Shown: positions 61,467-64,000 of the stretch, in pieces | Layout of the letters: every line of letters begins with the position of its first letter | How positions within the stretch are numbered: position 1 is the first letter of the stretch | NCBI GenBank assembly: GCA_963770895.1 | Contig: CAVYRF010000002.1 | Span: 1,024,001-1,088,000 of the forward strand | Origin: an uncultured Acidobacteriota bacterium | GTDB taxonomy: Bacteria; Acidobacteriota; Thermoanaerobaculia; Multivoradales; UBA5704 | Direction: 5' to 3' | Length of the DNA stretch: 64,000 nucleotides | Notes under the pieces: model-generated | Seen by the model: the letters and a program-made list of their open reading frames with translations, nothing else | What the model was told of the DNA's origin: nothing | Databases searched by the model: none | Translations under genes and position numbers: made by a program

Positions 61467-62524
61467 ACAGACCGCGTCGAGATGGCCTTGGTTTGCGCCT
61501 GCTGGCGGCGGGCGCCCTGGTCGCCCTGACGGCGGGGTGCGGGTTGGCGCCGCCGGCGCCGCGGGCGCCCTGGGAAGGGCCGATGACGCCGCAGACCCAG
61601 GCGGTCGAAAAGGCGATCGACAAGGTGCTGCGCCACAGCGGGCGGGAAGAGGTGGCGGTGGCGTACCTGGACATCAAGTCCGGTAGCCAGGTGCTGAACC
61701 GTGAAACGCAGCCGTTCCACGCCGCGAGCGAGGTGAAGCTGCCGGTGTTGATGGCGATGTGGGCGGCGATCGACGGCGGCGAAATCGCGCTGGATGCGCC
61801 GCTGCGGGTGCACGACGACTTCCGCAGCATCGTCGACGGCTCGCGCTTCCACCTGGTCGCGGCGGACGACGCCGACGCCGAGCTGTACGCGGCGGTGGGC
61901 AGCACGCGCCCGGTCTCGGACCTCATGCGGCGGATGATCCTGCGCAACTCGGACCTGGCAACCAATCTGCTGGTCGAGCGGCTGACGGCCTCGGGCGTGA
62001 CCGCCGTCATGCGCCGCATGGGGGCCTACGAAACGCACATCCTGCGCGGCGTCGAGGATGAGAAGGCGTTCCAGAACAACTTCAACAACGAGGTGACGGC
62101 CGCCGACCTGATGCTGCTGATGCGGACCCTGGCCCAGGCGGCCGCCGGCACCGACACCGCGGCCGACGCGGCGGCGGACGTCGGCAGCAGCAGCAGCGCA
62201 CCGACCGCCGGGCCGGTGATCTCGCACCGCGCCGCCACCGCCATCCTGGAGCTGCTGGAGGCGCCGGGCGCCCCCGGCGGCAGGATCGCCGCCGGCGTGC
62301 CGGCGGGCACTCCGCTGGCCCACAAGGCGGCCGACATCACCGCCGCCGCGTACCACCACGACGTGGCGCTGGTCTTTCCGCCTGGCGAGTCGCCCTACGT
62401 GCTGGTGCTGCTGACCTACGGTTTCACCACCGAAGAGCGCGCCAGCCAGGTGATGACAGCGGTCTCGCAAGCCGTCTGGCAGGCCCGCCACGCGCCGCCG
62501 CCGGTGCCGAAAAAGCGGCGGTGA
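61463..62524 (+). CDS. Class A beta-lactamase-like serine hydrolase lipoprotein
   Basis: Lipobox LTAGC; ASEVK (SxxK); NSDLATN; AHKAA at the KTG position. Confidence 0.78.
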   Translation: MNRPRRDGLGLRLLAAGALVALTAGCGLAPPAPRAPWEGPMTPQTQAVEKAIDKVLRHSGREEVAVAYLDIKSGSQVLNRETQPFHAASEVKLPVLMAMWAAIDGGEIALDAPLRVHDDFRSIVDGSRFHLVAADDADAELYAAVGSTRPVSDLMRRMILRNSDLATNLLVERLTASGVTAVMRRMGAYETHILRGVEDEKAFQNNFNNEVTAADLMLLMRTLAQAAAGTDTAADAAADVGSSSSAPTAGPVISHRAATAILELLEAPGAPGGRIAAGVPAGTPLAHKAADITAAAYHHDVALVFPPGESPYVLVLLTYGFTTEERASQVMTAVSQAVWQARHAPPPVPKKRR

Positions 62525-62651
62525 GCCCGGCGCAGCCGGCCGGTCGCCTCAACCAATCGTCGCCCGCTGCGTATACAGCGTATAGAATCGGTCCTGCCGG
62601 CGTGCGGGCCGATGCCTGCGAGCCGATGCCGGGTTTGCGTATGTTCAAACC

Positions 62652-62676
62652 GAACCTCCAGCCAACCAACGTCGTT
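62652..62676 (+). promoter_or_regulatory. Candidate ECF sigma autoregulatory promoter
   Basis: GAAC-N17-CGTT, 28 nt upstream of the ECF sigma ATG. Confidence 0.5.
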
Positions 62677-62704
62677 ATGATCAGCGAGGAGCACTAGCAC
62701 TACG

Positions 62705-63313
62705 ATGGCCGAGCCCATGGAAAGCGTCCTGCAACAGGAAGCCAGCGACGCAGAGCTGATGGCCCGAGTGCGGGCAGGGGACCGCGAGGCGTTTGCCGAC
62801 CTCGTGGACCGCCACAAGGATGCGGTGGTCAACTATCTCACCCGGATCTCAGGCAGCCGCGACCGCGCCGAAGACCTGGGTCAGGAGACGTTCCTGCGCC
62901 TGTTTCGCTCCGCCGGCGGGTACGTCGAGCAGGGATTCCTGCGCGCCTACCTGTTCCGCATCGCCACCAACCTGGTGCGCTCCGAGGAGCGCCGCGAACG
63001 ACGGCAGCGGCTGCTCATGCCGCTGCTCGGCGGCGGCGAATCCGACCGCAGCGAGCCGGTCGCTCACTCCGGCCTGCTGCGCAAGGAGCTGCAACGCGAG
63101 CTCAACGAGGCGGTGGCGCGCCTGCCGTTGCGCTGCCGCGTGCCGCTGGTGCTGCACGAGATCGAAGGTTGGTCCTACGCTGACATCGCCGCCGAGCTCA
63201 GCTGCCGCGAGGGCACCATCAAGTCGCGCATCCATCGCGGCCGCCAGTCCCTCAAGGTACAGCTCGAGTCGTATTGGAATGGAGGTCTTGCATCATGGAA
63301 GAGGATCGGCTGA
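62705..63313 (+). CDS. ECF RNA polymerase sigma factor
   Basis: AEDLGQETFLR, YLFRIATN, region 4 SYADIAAELSCREGTIKSRIHRGR. Confidence 0.93.
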   Translation: MAEPMESVLQQEASDAELMARVRAGDREAFADLVDRHKDAVVNYLTRISGSRDRAEDLGQETFLRLFRSAGGYVEQGFLRAYLFRIATNLVRSEERRERRQRLLMPLLGGGESDRSEPVAHSGLLRKELQRELNEAVARLPLRCRVPLVLHEIEGWSYADIAAELSCREGTIKSRIHRGRQSLKVQLESYWNGGLASWKRIG

Positions 63314-63948
63314 CCCATCTAATGCACGAGCTGCCACGCGAGCGGGCGCTGGCCGGTTTCACCGCGCGGGTGCTGCGGCGCCTGGACGAAGGCGGTGCCG
63401 GACCGCGGCTGGTCGCGGCGCGCGAGCAGCTGCGCCATCTGCCGCACCACGGCTATCGCTGGACGGCGGCGACGGTCACGCTGACGGCGTTCTGCCTGTC
63501 GGCGGTGCTGCTGCAACGCGAGCACACGCCGCCGGCGTTTTCGCCGGTGCAGACGCCCGCCATGGCACCCCTGGCGCACCTCGGCCCGCTGGCTCCAGGC
63601 ACCGCGCTGTCCTCGCTGCAGGCGGCGCGCTCGAGCAACGACGGCAGCCTGGCGGGCCGGCGCGCCCCGCGGCTCGATCTGCAGGCGATGGCGCTCGGTG
63701 CCGGCGCGACCGCCGGCGGCAGGTTCGATTCGGCGCGCACACACCGGGAGGTGCGCTCCATCCGTGAGCAGGGCCAGCTGGTGCGTGAGCTGCGCAGCAT
63801 GCGCCGCTCCGGCGCCGCGCCGCCGCCGATGGTCTACCTGGGCGGCGACGAAAACGGCGACCTGGTGCTCAACTCCGGCCACACCCGCGGCCTGATCCCG
63901 CCGGCGTCGATCGAGCACAACCCAGACGACAACAACTTCCTGGATTGA
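63295..63948 (+). CDS. Putative single-TM anti-sigma factor
   Basis: Overlaps the sigma gene; LPRERALAGFTARVLRRL followed by a hydrophobic segment (WTAATVTLTAFCLSAVLL). Confidence 0.55.
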   Translation: MEEDRLTHLMHELPRERALAGFTARVLRRLDEGGAGPRLVAAREQLRHLPHHGYRWTAATVTLTAFCLSAVLLQREHTPPAFSPVQTPAMAPLAHLGPLAPGTALSSLQAARSSNDGSLAGRRAPRLDLQAMALGAGATAGGRFDSARTHREVRSIREQGQLVRELRSMRRSGAAPPPMVYLGGDENGDLVLNSGHTRGLIPPASIEHNPDDNNFLD

Positions 63949-64000
63949 TCTAGCGACCGGCGCCTCGGCAACCTGGAAAGCCGCCTGCCCGCAGCGGACA

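Overview
High-GC bacterial chromosomal segment, most likely Acidobacteriota (class Thermoanaerobaculia). This placement is inferred from a VWFA-related acidobacterial-type protein, an XRE-like HTH family and large TPR families; it was not tested. Most of the window is housekeeping: ffh/rpsP-khpA-rimM-trmD-rplS-rnhB, tmk-holB, modBC, rpmE-DUF1385-prfA-prmC-murA, a split glutaminase plus nadE, rsmI, a sigma54 two-component system and an ECF sigma/anti-sigma pair. No rRNA, tRNA, CRISPR array, transposase or integrase was recognised. The most striking unexplained structure is a cassette present twice (17.8-19.6 kb on +, 36.2-38.3 kb on -). Each copy has a ~94-aa secreted peptide with a C-terminal DPNG motif, then an intrinsic terminator, then a ~450-470-aa TPR-like protein, and the two TPR proteins are recognisable paralogues. 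This resembles an RRNPP-like peptide/receptor signalling system in a diderm. The first cassette converges on a 42-aa lanthipeptide-like precursor (RETL leader, GG site, two S-x4-C units) that is missing from the ORF track. A 10-Cys defensin-like prepropeptide lies at 57.6-58.0 kb. All calls are by eye, without database searches.
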